Assembly: GCA_973895155.1 (NCBI GenBank)
Contig: OZ316897.1
Span: 5,101,976-5,165,975 of the forward strand
Source of the DNA: Marsupella aquatica
Taxonomy: Eukaryota > Plantae > Marchantiophyta
Direction: 5' to 3'
DNA length: 64,000 bases
Shown: positions 37,920-50,698 of the stretch, in pieces
How the letters are laid out: the number at the start of each line of letters is the position of its first letter
Numbering within the stretch: position 1 is the first letter of the stretch
The notes under the pieces: model-generated
Told to the model about the DNA's origin: nothing
Databases searched by the model: none
The model's input: the letters and a program-made list of their open reading frames with translations, nothing else
Translations under genes and position numbers: made by a program

Positions 37920-38618
37920 TTGATCGATACTGACTCAAGTATCTGCCCCACAGTTTTGCAGGACTCTACTCTCAAGATGGGGGTTTCTCTTACAGAAGTT
38001 GAAAGGGCCATGGAAGCAGGGCAGTCAGCTTCATTTGAGTATCTTGTGGTTCATATCGTTAATTTTGAGCCGGCTTTCCCCTCTCCTTGCCGGTTTACAT
38101 ATGCAGCATGTTCACATCAGCTAGGACATGGAGGCCTTTGCAACACATCAAAGGATCCTGGCAAGGAGGTGTGTGGGCATGCAGCGGAGGGTGTTGATAC
38201 ATACAGTTTTGATGTTATCATTGTGGATGCAGTGTTTGGGCATGCAACTCCCATTTGCGCTAAAATTGGAGATAGTGCATCAATTTGGTTGGGTGTGGGA
38301 CCTTCAGAGCTATGAGCCTGCAGTGAACGGGAGCAGTTGGATTACATTCGGGCTGTTGCTTTGCAATGTCGCAGATGCTCAATCTCTTTGCATGTGTTAA
38401 ACAGAATATTGTCTGTCGAGATTATGTCTGTCCTCGGGATTCCTACCCATAGTTGGGTCCCCATGCCCCATACTGTGACACTATCTAGGTCACATGATCC
38501 AAGGACATCGTTGACTTCCAGTGCAGAAGGACCTAGAGGATTAAGAGGATCTGTCCTCTTTGACCAGCTGGAGGACATTGTTGTTGCAGTTGGTCGTCAC
38601 AGTTTAGATGAGAATTAG
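37920..38618 (+). pseudogene. RPA70 C-terminal-like OB-fold/Zn-ribbon protein (frameshift near 38310)
   Basis: FTYAACSHQ..GGLCNTSK..CGHAAEGVDTYSFDVIIVDAVFGHATPICAKIGDSASIWLGVGPSEL, then MDYIRAVALQCRRCSISL. Confidence 0.6.
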
Positions 38619-39250
38619 AGGAGTTCTTAGGAGATTGTGTTGGGAATTGTAGAGGAATAGAGCTACAATTTTGTAAATTTCTAGTCAGAGTAGTCTTTCA
38701 GCAGGCAACTTATGTGCCTGATTTTTCTACAAACCCCAACAGTGAAGTGCATGTGGTTGTTACTTTGATACTTGATTAGCCACAATCCACAAATTTTGTA
38801 CCCTATATTGTACTGGATCTACTGTACAAAGCAAAAGAACAGCTTGCAGTAATAAACAAGAGTTTGCACAGTCCAAAATATTATGTATCATTTGTAATTA
38901 GTATGCTACTCTTTCTCATCTACCTTCTCCAGGGTTCCTGTCCTGGGTTGTTGTTTGAATGATTGCATGTTAACCAATTTAGCTAAATTTTGAGAAATCT
39001 CAGAAAGTGAACCTTTCTTAAAAATGTCTTCCTTTCAAAGGAAAATGCCATTGCTAGTACTGGCCGGGTTCACCATATGGTCGGGTTCACTAGCTCTGGT
39101 ATCGGATAATAGTTTAAGTCATCCCCTGCCCCTTTGCTGAACCCAAGCGGATCCATGTTCAGATATATAATTTTTCAGGTTGGAGAAGTGGTAGAATTGC
39201 ATGATCTGGCCTGGAGTCCAAGCAAAATTGGTTAAAGACTTGTGAGTTGT

Positions 39251-39743
39251 GGGGTACACAACATCATCAGTTATCTCAAAAATTTTAGAATCTCAGCTGA
39301 GGAGTTGAGATGGGGCCTTTGAACTTCCGCTCATCTCAGCTGGGCAGCCGAGGTTGATTCAATCTCGACTGACCTCGCCGAGATGGGCGTACGGACCGAA
39401 AAAAAATCCAAAAAAAAAAACCAAAAAAATTCACAAAAAAAAAAATTGAAATTTTTTTCCCCATCTCAGCTGGCCTCGCCGAGATGGGGCGTACGGACCG
39501 AAAAAAAACGTGGAAAAAAAACCAAAAATTAAAAATTAAAAAATTTTGGTCCACGTGATAGCTGGGCTCGCCGAGATAGGTGTTCGTACGGTACGGACAC
39601 CTCATGGCGAAATTTTGAAGAAATTTTTTTCTTCATTTTTTTCTTTTTCGCATCGCAACTTGGCGGCCTCTCTGAGATGAGGTGGCAGCTGATATCAGGT
39701 ACACTGATGAAAGTGACTGATAACTGATGAGATTACTTATCTC
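39251..39743. mobile_element. Non-autonomous MULE-like MITE, copy 1
   Basis: Imperfect 25-bp TIRs (GGGGTACACAACATCATCAGTTATC / reverse complement GAGATAAGTAATCTCATCAGTTATC). Degenerate 9-bp TSD gtgagttgt/gagagttgc. Homologous to 54881-55347. Confidence 0.7.
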
Positions 39744-40508
39744 GAGAGTTGCAGAAAAGTAGTTGGGCTTGTGAGTTCAGAATTTGAGCCCCTTAATTCC
39801 ATTCTCTCATTGTCTGCACATTTGCCTTGAATGGTTTGAATTTATTAGCTCTTTGCACAATATATTTTACATTTTAAATTGAGCTTAAAATGCTTTCCTC
39901 TCTTGACCAGAGGTCTGAGAAGGCACTAAGGGAGACACTAGAAAATAAGATGGAAAGAGTGGAGAGTTTCTTTCCTTTCCAGAGGTCCGAGAAGGGACAA
40001 GAGTCCGACTTCATTTTTTTAAATAAGACAAGGCCCAATTTGCATTTCAAGGTAATGGAATTTAAGCATCCTTGACAATATATATTTTGGCATTGCAACC
40101 ATGAGACAATCAATGGTCTTGGATCCACTATTTTAATGAACTTACTAGTTGAGCCACAGAAGGGGCTGTAAGTACTTTTTTAGAGCAACTGCAAGAGACC
40201 CATCACAATGAGTTCACTATTTCACTAATTTTAAACTTAGTGGACATCCACAAGTCGAGTCATTAATACTAATATTCAAAAGTAGTCTTTCTCTGGCCAA
40301 ACAAGGGCCTTTGTTGTGTCTTGCCTCAGTCAACAAAGAAAGACTTATCAATCACCACCTGCATGAAAGGGAAAACAGAGGCAAGTACTCAGAATTATAT
40401 GAAAGGCTTGCCAATGCATCAATCTACTATTGGCCTGATCAAACCCTCTTGGATTCAGTACTGCATGTATTTTGCATACCGAAATAACTACTAAAAGCAT
40501 ATAGTGTT

Positions 40509-40862
40509 TAGTACCGAGAGTATTGAGTACTATAACTAAGGTATTGGTATTAAGTACTATTGATATTGGGTACTATAGGTATTTGGTACTAAAGGTATTG
40601 GGTACTAAAGGTATTGGGTACTAGAGGTATTGAGTATTAAAGGTATTGAGTACTAAAGGTATTAAGTAAGTACTGTAAGTATTTAGTACTAAAGTATTGA
40701 GTATTGTAAGTATTGAGGTATTTAGTACTAGCACCAAAAGTATTATGTATTATCAAACAAGTATTAGGTACTAAGTACTGTTGGACATGTACTTCAACCA
40801 CTATATATTATGTGTTTGACAGATATAGGTACTACAAATTGTCTTAGTATTATTGAATACGG
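40509..40862. repeat. GGTATT/AGTACT-rich degenerate ~16-17-bp tandem array
   Basis: Repeats of ggtattgggtactaaa and variants. Confidence 0.85.
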
Positions 40863-41299
40863 ATAATAGATCAAACATCCAACACTAACATTAGGGTCTT
40901 CTGTGCTTACTTGCCATTGGAATTCATTGGCTATGTACATTGCGCATCAAATTGCACACATGCACACAAAACAACAGATAGGCAAAGACACAAATCAATG
41001 GACATGCACAGGCAGCCTTCTCACAAAGTTATCAAATTGATCGAGGCACCAACATGAAGTAAAGGTGGCCAGGGTACAGAGCATGGAAAATGATTCTAGG
41101 TAAGCTCTTGCTTACCTGGTACTTCAGGAGTATAGGTTCAATTCAACCACACTCGGATTTCCCCTACAATCAGAAGTGTTGCAGTTAGAAACAAGCATAA
41201 ACTGCAATAGCCAATGTAACTATGGTCTCCTGATGAATGACTTGCTGGACAAAGAAAAATCCCTAGTTTTAAACTGAAACATTTTGGCATGTAAAGGAA

Positions 41300-43960
41300 T
41301 TACCTATTTGCTGAATCCAAAATCGCTTGAAAGGTGTTAGGGGCAAGCTTGAACCCTGGTGATCCCCTCAGTACTTGTGTCGGCACAAGTCCAAATTTAA
41401 TGTGAACCACAGATGCCACATCAACATAGCTGATGCTAGATTTCTCGTTACGAACAAAGCAAGTCGGGTGCCTACCGTATTGCTGAAACCAAGTGCCTGC
41501 CAAAACTACATCCCCCTTACAAAATTCAGCAGCATAGTCATCTGTGAAATCAATTTCAACAATGTGAGCCTTCTTTGTACACAACAGAATGTAGAATTCT
41601 GCTTTCCAAATGTTATTTTCATCAACCTTCACAGCAAAATAGTCACCTACTTCAACCAGATCACCAATGTAGCTCTCATAGTCACAGGTCTGGCTGTCCA
41701 ACCCACCGCCCATGTCTTTGATGATGGCTGCAATATCTCCAGGATTTTTTGGGTACACATAATCTACCTCCCATGGCAGAACATGAGCCTTATTTGCACA
41801 ATGTTCCAGACTCTCTGGATGAAGTGCACAGCTGTTGCAAAAGCAAGCCAGTTCTCAACATTTTAGCATCATGGGATTCTCAGGACTGTATCCCAAAAAA
41901 CAATGCTTTTGTCTCACGCCTTTGATAGGCAAACATTCAAGGGTTGAGGTCCGCTTCACCTCTTGCACACCAACCTCCCAAAAAAAACGCCTGACACCTT
42001 GCTTCTTGTCATACTCCATTTGCTTTCCCAAGCAAAACCGTTCCCTTAGAAACTCCACCACGTCCTTTGCACCCTCCATCGGGTGCCCTCCTTCTTTTCG
42101 CAACTGCTCCTTTCAAAGAGCCTGCTTCACTCCACCTCCTAGTCCATCCTGTGCCAGCAGGTATATAGCATCAAAGTTGTCCTGTTGAAAGGAAATGAAC
42201 ATTAACATAAAACATAATAGTAACAAAATACCAAAAAAGAGTGGGAACTTGAATTATATTTACCTGCACACCTTTCCCGTGCCCTGAGGCATGGAAACAC
42301 CACATTAGTGGCACCCCATACTCATGGTAATATTTTGCCACGTACGAAAAAGGACGGCACCCTTTAAACTGTGGTGCACACCCGTCTGACCACATAATGT
42401 GATTGTTGACAAAGAATCCTTTCTCCCTCATTCACATCCAATGAAAATCCAGGCTGTGCTGCACAAAGCAGGTATCATGGCTATTGTCATCTGAAATAAA
42501 AAAAAGTGATAATCAGCCTCAATAAATCGGGTGATCCTTTGACCATTTTTGTCACACACCACAGGGTCGTCCTCCTCATTGTCATACTGGTGCCGGTAGG
42601 TGATCAGAACAAGAATGGTGATTTGTCTATTATCCCAATGAAGGGATTGTACCTCGTCCTGTGATGCAAACGTGTAATTCTCTGCAAAGTCAATGGAACT
42701 GACTATGGTACCTTTCGGAAAGGACTTAAGACAATTTTGGTACTGCTCAGCTTGCCATCTAGCATAGAAGTCATGTTTTATAAATGTTTGTATAGTACCT
42801 GTCACCTTTTCCATGAACACCACCATTGAGGTGACTTTACTTACTAATCTAAGCCTCTTTGTAGCCTTAGAAAGCTGCGCATCATCATTCTGGACTTTCT
42901 TCTTTCTCACACTATTTGGCTTTGGCAAATCATCTAGGTTAACATACTCATAAGTTTGCCACACCACAGATTCTGTCTCTTCATCCACTCTTTCCTCCCA
43001 TGGACACAAATCTAACAGCCCTGGCCCACAGTCCTCACAATCACCTACCAAACAACCTCTCTTGTGCCAAAGATCACTTTCTCCTTTTGCACATAAGGTC
43101 TCTGCACACCACTCTCTCACAGAGAGTTGTGTATACTTGTGAGCTTTGCATGGTTCATCAGTAGCATGACTCAGTCCAACAACAATAGGGGAACAAACTA
43201 CACATTGACATGTGCAATCTGGAGGATGTTGAGACTGTCGTTGCTTGGCAAAGGCTTTGCAAAGTAGGTGCATCTCAACATGTTGCTTGCAGCAACAAAC
43301 ATCCCTATCTTTCATTGTACGTATAAAATAAGGTTTAAGGGCTTGAAAAGATCGCAAACCAATTGTGTACGCTTTTTGCTCTTTCTTCAACCATTCTTGG
43401 AACTTGAAAAAGTACTCCGCCTGTAAAAAAAATACAGCATATATTCATGAGCAAATTCAACTGTACTCATGCAAATCACTATTAACGCAACATATATTTG
43501 TGAGCAAATTCAGTTGTACTTAAATCACTATTGAATACATAGTAGGCTTGTAGCCTGTCACTACACAATTCAAAACATTACCTCAGTATCCTCCAAGCGG
43601 TGAGTCCTATGCTCCTCATATTCATTCTTTGCAATCCTTTTTCTAGCAAAATCCTTCTTGCCTGGATCAGGCCTGGTAAATGCCTCCCAGAACCAGGCAA
43701 CATCTCCTCGAATCTCCTCAGAATGTAGATCACTCCTTTCCTTTCGCTGACCCATTGGAAAACGCAATGTGGCATCACCATCCAACAGAATTCTTCTCTT
43801 ACTAGCAGCATACAAAGGGTCTCTTTTCATACACAATGCTCGAGCAAGAGAAGATTGGTATCTTGCATTCACAATCTTGGGACCAGTGAAGGAAGCTAGT
43901 AAAATATCTTTGGCCGCCAGATTTATTCACAAAAGCCTTGACCCCAGCATTACATACTAT
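41300..43960 (-). pseudogene. Sola2-like DDD transposase, intron-containing, disrupted
   Basis: CCCKQH..C..C..C.CEDCG Cys region; IDFAENY..QDEVQSLHW; WSDGCAPQFKG; WCFHASGHGKGVQ|DGLGGGVKQAL. Introns at ~43581-43421 and ~42263-42149; frameshift at a poly-A run near 42500. Confidence 0.75.
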
Positions 43961-44660
43961 TCATTGTCAAGGCATAGGCTTACGCAAACTTTCAAAACTT
44001 GGAGATTAAAATTAATACTTAACTAGAGACTAGCTGGGCTGAGGAGAGCTGGGAGAGCTGAGGAGAGCTGGGATACGAAACTTTGTCATTTCTCTTTTCT
44101 CTCCCGCTTTTTGTTTCCAATTGTCATGCTGAGCTTCACTGAATCGTCTATTTGAAAGGCCGACGGGAGATTGGAAAGCTCTGCCTATTGCCTTCCAAAC
44201 AAAATGCGTATCACCAACTTTTGACTATCTTAGACATAGTTTCAACTCACATAAAGTTTTTTGAACTCTGCTAGTTCTTCTGTTGAAATTGGACAGATTT
44301 GGCTGAATTTTTGAGCGTGGAGTTGCTTAATCCCTGGTGTTGCAACAAAGCTCGATGGATACGAACGCGCACTCCGGATTTGGGCGATTGTTTCGCTCCA
44401 CTGGTGGCAGAGGACCAAATCGCTATCCATATGCCTTTTCTGGCCGGGGAAACGGGAGGGGACCTTCTGATGCCTCTTGGCGACGCGATGGTGCGCCCCT
44501 CTCTCTGGGGCGACGCCCTTGGAGTGGTGAGGCACATGTGAACTCCCTACCGGAGAAAGATTCCAGTAGATTTTCTATCCAAGATGCACGTGGTGGTCCA
44601 AAAACAACACCTTTTGATCTGTTTGATAACTCTCGGGCGCAGAGGGAAAGAACTCCCCCG

Positions 44661-47600
44661 TGTCTGCAATCTCCAAGGTATCCACATCAGGTGCACTATG
44701 CATGTACATTATTCAGGTTCAAAGCCAAGCAACAAGTACCCTAAGTTCATTACTTGTTCCTGGGTACATGCCTTCAAAAACTCCCCTTAAGCCTTCTAGG
44801 AACTTTTTTAACTCTGCAATCATTTTGATCACGACTTACATGACACTGCTTAAATTAAATCAGGACTTCTCATTATGAGCATATAAGTTACAAGGCTATT
44901 TAATTTGCGAGAATTCCCTTAAAGTTTACCAACATTTTGTATTCTCATTGAATGTCTGCCCATTTACAACATCTGTATGTGGCATCACAAAACAATTGCA
45001 CTTGTCACCTTCAATATTGTGAAGGCACATATTCAAACTATGAGGTGCATGCTTGGCCTCATTCACAATTGGAGGACCCAAAAGGAACGTCACACTCAGA
45101 AGTGACCATAGTTTATTATGCTTTAGGACATCATTTGTAAGGTGTAATGAGATGATATGCAAAATTTGATGTACTATACTTAATAAACATCCTGTAGGTT
45201 GGTAACATTAATTAAACTATCTAGCATTTGAGACTTTGAAGCTTTCCTTATATGTCCTTCAAAGATCGATAAAAGGACTTGTCACGCAACGAGGCACATC
45301 ATTTCAGGACTCGAAAGGACTCTAAAACTTGCATTTTAGACAATGAAATTTTACCAAGGCATGCATACTAATAGAATAATCTTATATTTTAAAACTCAAA
45401 TATTGACACACACTAAACCTTTATGTACAAGACAAAAATAATCAGTAATTTTGGCTTATTTAGGGCCATCAATAATAGGATCCCTTAAAAAAGTTAAAAA
45501 CTTGATTTATCTACATGGTGAGGTAGGTTACACCATGTAAAATAGCCTTGTGAAAAAATTAGACTTAAATGTCTTGAGATAAAATCATGATGAAGCTTTT
45601 TCCATGTTACGAAAGTTATTTTTCACTAAAACAGCATGTTTTTGAGTCCTAAAAGTGGTTCCTGTGAGGTACACCCAATTGTGAATGAGACTGCTTGCAG
45701 GTGTCTAGTACGTTTGTCCCAATATTTCTCCCGTTTGGAATCGGAGCAAAGACTCACCAGACGACTGGACTGGACCAAGTTATAAACGCAGCATTTTAAG
45801 GGCCCTTCGATTATCAGGTGAACGCATTATCTTCCGGTCTGCAGTGATTAGGTGGCCCGTGTGTACATGGCCTCTAGGAAACGTACAAAGGTTGACCACC
45901 CGCCTCTGTTGGCTGGAATCAAAGCCATTTTGATTCCTGGCCACTATGGGTTCACCCAAGTGAGTTGGCCAATCGTACAAAAACGATTCTCAGAGTTCCA
46001 TGGGACTGAAGTCAAGGACATCACTCCACAGACTACACATGTTGTTGCGGGGACATGGCTGGATGTGATGAACAAGTGGTCATGGTCCTTCATTGATTCT
46101 GCCATTACCAACCAAGGTCTAAAAGTAGTTGAAGTCTCTTGGCTGACAGAGTTTAGGAGTCAGAACAAAGCTGATTGGGTTGCTATCTACAAGGACATTC
46201 TTGAACGGTGGGACTATGTTGGTAATGATGGTAAGGGCCCAGTTGAAGATTGCATATCAGATTATGCAATGAGGATTTTGAAACAAGAGAGGCATAGGTT
46301 GAAAAGGATGTGGATAGACAATGGTTCTAACAGGAGAATGCCACCACCCCCATCATTGGAACTGGATCAATGGACACGGTTAATCAAAGGGTTCATGTCG
46401 GAGGCTGGACAGAGCAAGAGTGAACTGATGTCAAATGCTCGAGGCAAAGTGAAACACCTTTCACAGGCTGGGAGAGGAAGTTATGCTCCAGTGAAAGAAC
46501 AATTGGTAAGGCAGTGACATGCCTGATAGTAAGCCTCAAACTTATCATCTTGCTACCATTATTACATTTTCATTGACAATCAACACTTGGTTTCATTCAT
46601 ATGTATGTTGATGTGGACTGCAGAAGAAATTGACAGGTGAAGAACCATCAGCACAAGAAGTGAGAGAGGAGTTCATGAAACAAAGGAGTGAGGTGACAAG
46701 TGTGACTTCCAAACAGGTGATTATGTTGTAATTCTGTATGTTCTGTGACTATTTGGCCTTGAGCATCAGAAAGAAATGTAGTAGGAAGTAAGCAACCAGT
46801 TCTTGGGGACAGTTATCTGAGATATGTAAGCTGTGTTATGACAGGGAACTGTTACAACTCTCACAGAGATGTGTGAACGGTTGAAGTCATTAGAGTGTGG
46901 ACTCCCTTGAGTGGAAAGTAAATTGGCTGATCGTTTGGATATTGTGGAGGCATCTGTAGCGAACCTTCTTGCATCAGTGGAATCTAATTTCAAGCTTGTG
47001 ATTGAAAAATTGGGTGGTTCCCAACCAAACAATGAGGGCAACATTGTACAAAGTGTGCCCTTGTTAACAAAAAAGGGAATTGGCAAATCTGACACAGGTA
47101 TGGAAATGACACCGGCCCATTGTTCATTGTGTCCTATGTTCAAATGTTAGAAGTAAGTTTTCATGAATTGAGTGAATGGTTTGAATGCAGGAAGAGTGGA
47201 GGCAGAGAAGGACCCTGTAATCAGTAAGCAGAAGGGCAAGAAGGTTGCTGAGACAGGTAACCTGCTATGATCCAGTACATTACATTTGAAAAGTGCATGG
47301 AGTTTTGTGAAGCTTAAGCCGGTTGGAGGTAATCTTTTCTGTAAGAACTGGTTGGATGAACTAGGATCTGAAGTGACATCATGATTGATGTATCAGGTGA
47401 TTCAAAGAGCAATAATGAAGAAGATGTGCCCAGTGCCTCAGTGACCATAGCCAAGGAGGTATCAGGTAAGCTGATGCTTTAAATTCCTCTATATGAATGT
47501 TGAGCAACAATTCAGTGGTTAATACATTCAACCTGAATATTGTGGTGTGTTTATTGATCAACAGAAGCAGACATGGAGCATATGGCAATGGCAAAGAAGG

Positions 47601-49147
47601 GGAAGAAGACTGTTCATAATGGTAAGGAGATAGTGACAACTTTGTGGTTGGTGACATGTACATTTAGCACATGTGATGAGTGATTGACTTATGTTGGACA
47701 TGACACTGAATTGTAGTTGATGCAGAGTTGACAGACTCTCAACCAAGTGGGAGTAGGGTGAAGCGACGTCGAAACTTGGGAGCAACATTGGATGCAAGTA
47801 AGATTGTAGATGCTTCAATTGAAGCAAGTACAATGTTGGCAGATACTGAGATGATGTCACAGGGAAATCCTGCTACACAATCAGAAGTGTCAAATATGGA
47901 TGCAGATTCTTTGAAGAAGAGTGTAGCCAATTCTCGATCACCAGCACAAAACACTCGTGCCAAAGTCATGACTCGCAACCAAGGTATGAATAATGTCATG
48001 TATAAGCCACCCAGGAAAGCCAAGAAAAACAGTCAGGGTAAGGTGGAGGTGATAGCCACAGCAGAGCCAGTCCATAATATTCTATCATGGGAGGATGACT
48101 CGCAGGTATGTGTGGGTACAGGCATTTTGCGACCGGATCATGCAAAATTCCATGGCAAAGTGGTCCCGGATGACCATGTAGTAGTGTTGTTGACTACAGT
48201 GATTGTATCTGATTGTAATTTGCCATTTCCAAATAGAGATGATGATCCACCTCAGGAAATAATTGCAGATGCAGTAGGATCTCTTGTGCTCTGGCCATCA
48301 GAGTGTGTTAGTCTGCAGTGACTGAATGCAAGTGTAGATAGAATCATGTGAATTGTGTCACATTTTGACATTGCCTTGGAAAGATCCAAGAAATATCTGT
48401 ACCAATTTTTCCATTTGGTAAAGAGGATGAAGGAGACGTTGTGTGTGACATTGATATTTCTGAATTCTGTATGTATGAAACAAGTGATTGATGTCAAACT
48501 ATGGCTCTATGGTGATTGTCTATGATACTTGAATCTATTTTATCATTTCAGTATTAGTGTGTATGGTATAGAGGAATACTTTGTGACCTTCTTTGTAGTC
48601 TATGAAGTTTGAATCTGTGAATTCATATTAGTGTACATGGTATAGAAGATGGCTTTCTGAAACTATGTATTCTAATGTTAACATGATGAATGGTGAACTT
48701 ATAGAGTGAGTTCATTCCAAGTACACAATAAAACATGAATGCAATATGTTATTTGTGCACAAGAGTGGGTTCATTTCAAGTAGTATAGTGGGGTCTTCAT
48801 CACTCATATCCAGTTGACATGAAAGACTTATACATACCCCACAAAGTATATTTAAAGACTACCCTCCATAACCTTTTTAGTCGTTCCCAATGACTCATCA
48901 TCGCAGCCCATAAAAGATTGAAAACGACTCACCAAAGCTACCCACACAAAGACTAAAATAGACTGAAAATCCAGTCTATTAAACGACTTATAAACCAGTT
49001 CTATAAAGGACTCAGTTGATTATAGTAACAAAACATACGACTCGCAGTCCTATAAAGGACTAGAGTCCTTCCCAGTCGTTTCCAAGTCCTATACGGTACT
49101 GAATAGTCGTTTAATGGGGTCTAAATACCCCCCGGTTTCTACTAGTG
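44661..49147 (+). mobile_element. Deleted CACTA derivative (right terminus only), related to 4107-22646
   Basis: Right terminus CCCGGTTTCTACTAGTG at 49131-49147. GACT/AGTC subterminal array at 48820-49130. BRCT and TnpA-like sequences are homologous to CACTA-1. No left CACTA terminus found; the left boundary is approximate. Confidence 0.85.
45867..48321 (+). pseudogene. BRCT(N-terminal repeat)-TnpA-like fusion gene of the second CACTA
   Basis: MASRKRTKVDHPP...TTHVVAGTW...VVEVSWLT runs in frame into EFRSQNKADW...KQERHRLKRMW...ARGKV. Later exons end FHGKVVPDDHVVV...DDDPPQEIIADAVGSLVLWP. Confidence 0.7.
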
Positions 49148-50524
49148 CCGGTTACACAGATCAAGTATGTTGGAAAGAATTTTTTTATGATCTCTTTTGA
49201 ATACCCGACACATAGAGACGCAGCGTTGGAACTCTCCCCTCTCTTCTTGGATTGGAAAATTGTACATACATTCCCTTGGGAACCTTTATTCGATGTGAGG
49301 AATGATTCTTATACCAAGCTGCCAGTTTGGATTGAGATACCCTTTCGAGCTCTTGTTCTTGAAGGTTGTCGTAAGAGGATTGCGGAATCTTTTGGTAAAC
49401 TTCTTTACTACATTCAAGGTGATGTTCGCAGCTCTTTTCCCCATAATCGCGCCTGCATTCTTTGGGATACTAGTCGCAAAATTCCTCGTAGTGTTGGAGT
49501 TGAGATTACAGAGGATATCACTATTTGGCAGCCCGTCAGATTCAAAAAAATTCCTTATCACTGCTTTCGATGCAACAAGAAGGGACACCTTGCCAGAGAA
49601 TGCAGAACTTTGGAAGAAAATGCCACTGCAACTAAAGATACTGAGGTGACTAAGGCAAACGAAGTAGACGCAGGGGCTATGCAGCATGACAATGATAGCG
49701 GTAACGGTGCTACTAAATGACACGTGGACTCCGCGTCTGACAGACAGACTCAGCAACCATCTGACGCTGACACGGTGATTGAATCAACGACAATGGACGC
49801 AGCACTGGATGTCTCCCCTCCTGGTGCGGATCTTATGATTGCTGCTAACACATTAGCTGCTAAACCAAGTGGTGGGCCATCTGTCTCTACTGACTTTCTT
49901 GTCGGTAGCTCCTCTCAACCCCTACAAGTGAATACGCGTCGTCTTACTCAAGCAGTCACACTACCACACACTGACGAGCCTCACAGCATTGACCACCAGA
50001 CTGTTGAAGCCATAGCATCCCCATCTCCAACTCGCTCTCTTCACCATGTTGCAAGCAACGCAAATGAATTCTGTCTCCCCTTACTTAGAGACAACGCTCT
50101 TTTTCAAGCACTGCCAAGCTCAGAAGACGGCCTAGCTGAACATGGGCTTGATCAGGATCCGACTGTCCCTTCGGGGTCTGATAAATTAGCAGTCCAGATT
50201 GAGCATCCTTTGGATCCCCCTTCCACCTCGAACGATGATATGTGCCTACCTATCATTGGAATTGACACGACTGACCAGCAGTTACCAAGTGTGGCCAGCG
50301 GTGACGAGATAGTATCAGTTCTGGGTGGTTCGGATGTAGAGATGTTTGAATATGATGAGTACATTTTGAAAAGTCAACTCAAGAAGGATCGTGCCAGGAA
50401 ACTAGAACTCCGAACTCCTTCGTCTGACCAGAAGAAGAAGAAAGACAAAAAAGCCAATACAAAGAAAGGTTGCGCGATACAATTCTCGTCTCACGATACT
50501 CAGACTTCTAGCTCTCAGACCTGA
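49148..50524 (+). pseudogene. LINE ORF1 (DUF4283/RRM-like + CCHC zinc knuckle), 3' part
   Basis: VGKNFFMISF..WEP..LPVWIEIP..IAESFGKLL..CFRCNKKGHLAREC. In-frame TGA at 49718. Confidence 0.88.
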
Positions 50525-50698
50525 ACGAGATCCAATTTGAATTGCAATCCGATGGCGTAGGCTGCGTTGGATCTATTATGGATCGGGCGGACCTTAGGGA
50601 ATGCATTTTTATGGCTGCACTTCCCTTTGGAAATTTTTGCACTAGAAATAGGAAGCCTTAATCTTTTTCCTCTTTTTGCGTCACGAGGATTCAGGAAC

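Noticed and set aside
37920-38618. Helitron call based on RPA-like genes
   Set aside because: No Rep/HUH or Pif1 helicase motifs, and no convincing TC...hairpin-CTRR ends could be identified in the window.
44658-44660. CCG at 44658-44660 as the TSD partner of CCG at 49148-49150
   Set aside because: No CACTA terminus follows it, and joining the two sides would leave DUF4283 incomplete. A 3-bp match is plausible by chance.
4107-49147. Pairing the left CACTA terminus (4107) with the right terminus at 49147 (16/17 match) as one 45-kb element
   Set aside because: The flanks differ (TCA vs CCG). The 22646 end has the matching TCA TSD and restores the Harbinger intron, and the 49147 end lies inside a LINE with its own TSDs.
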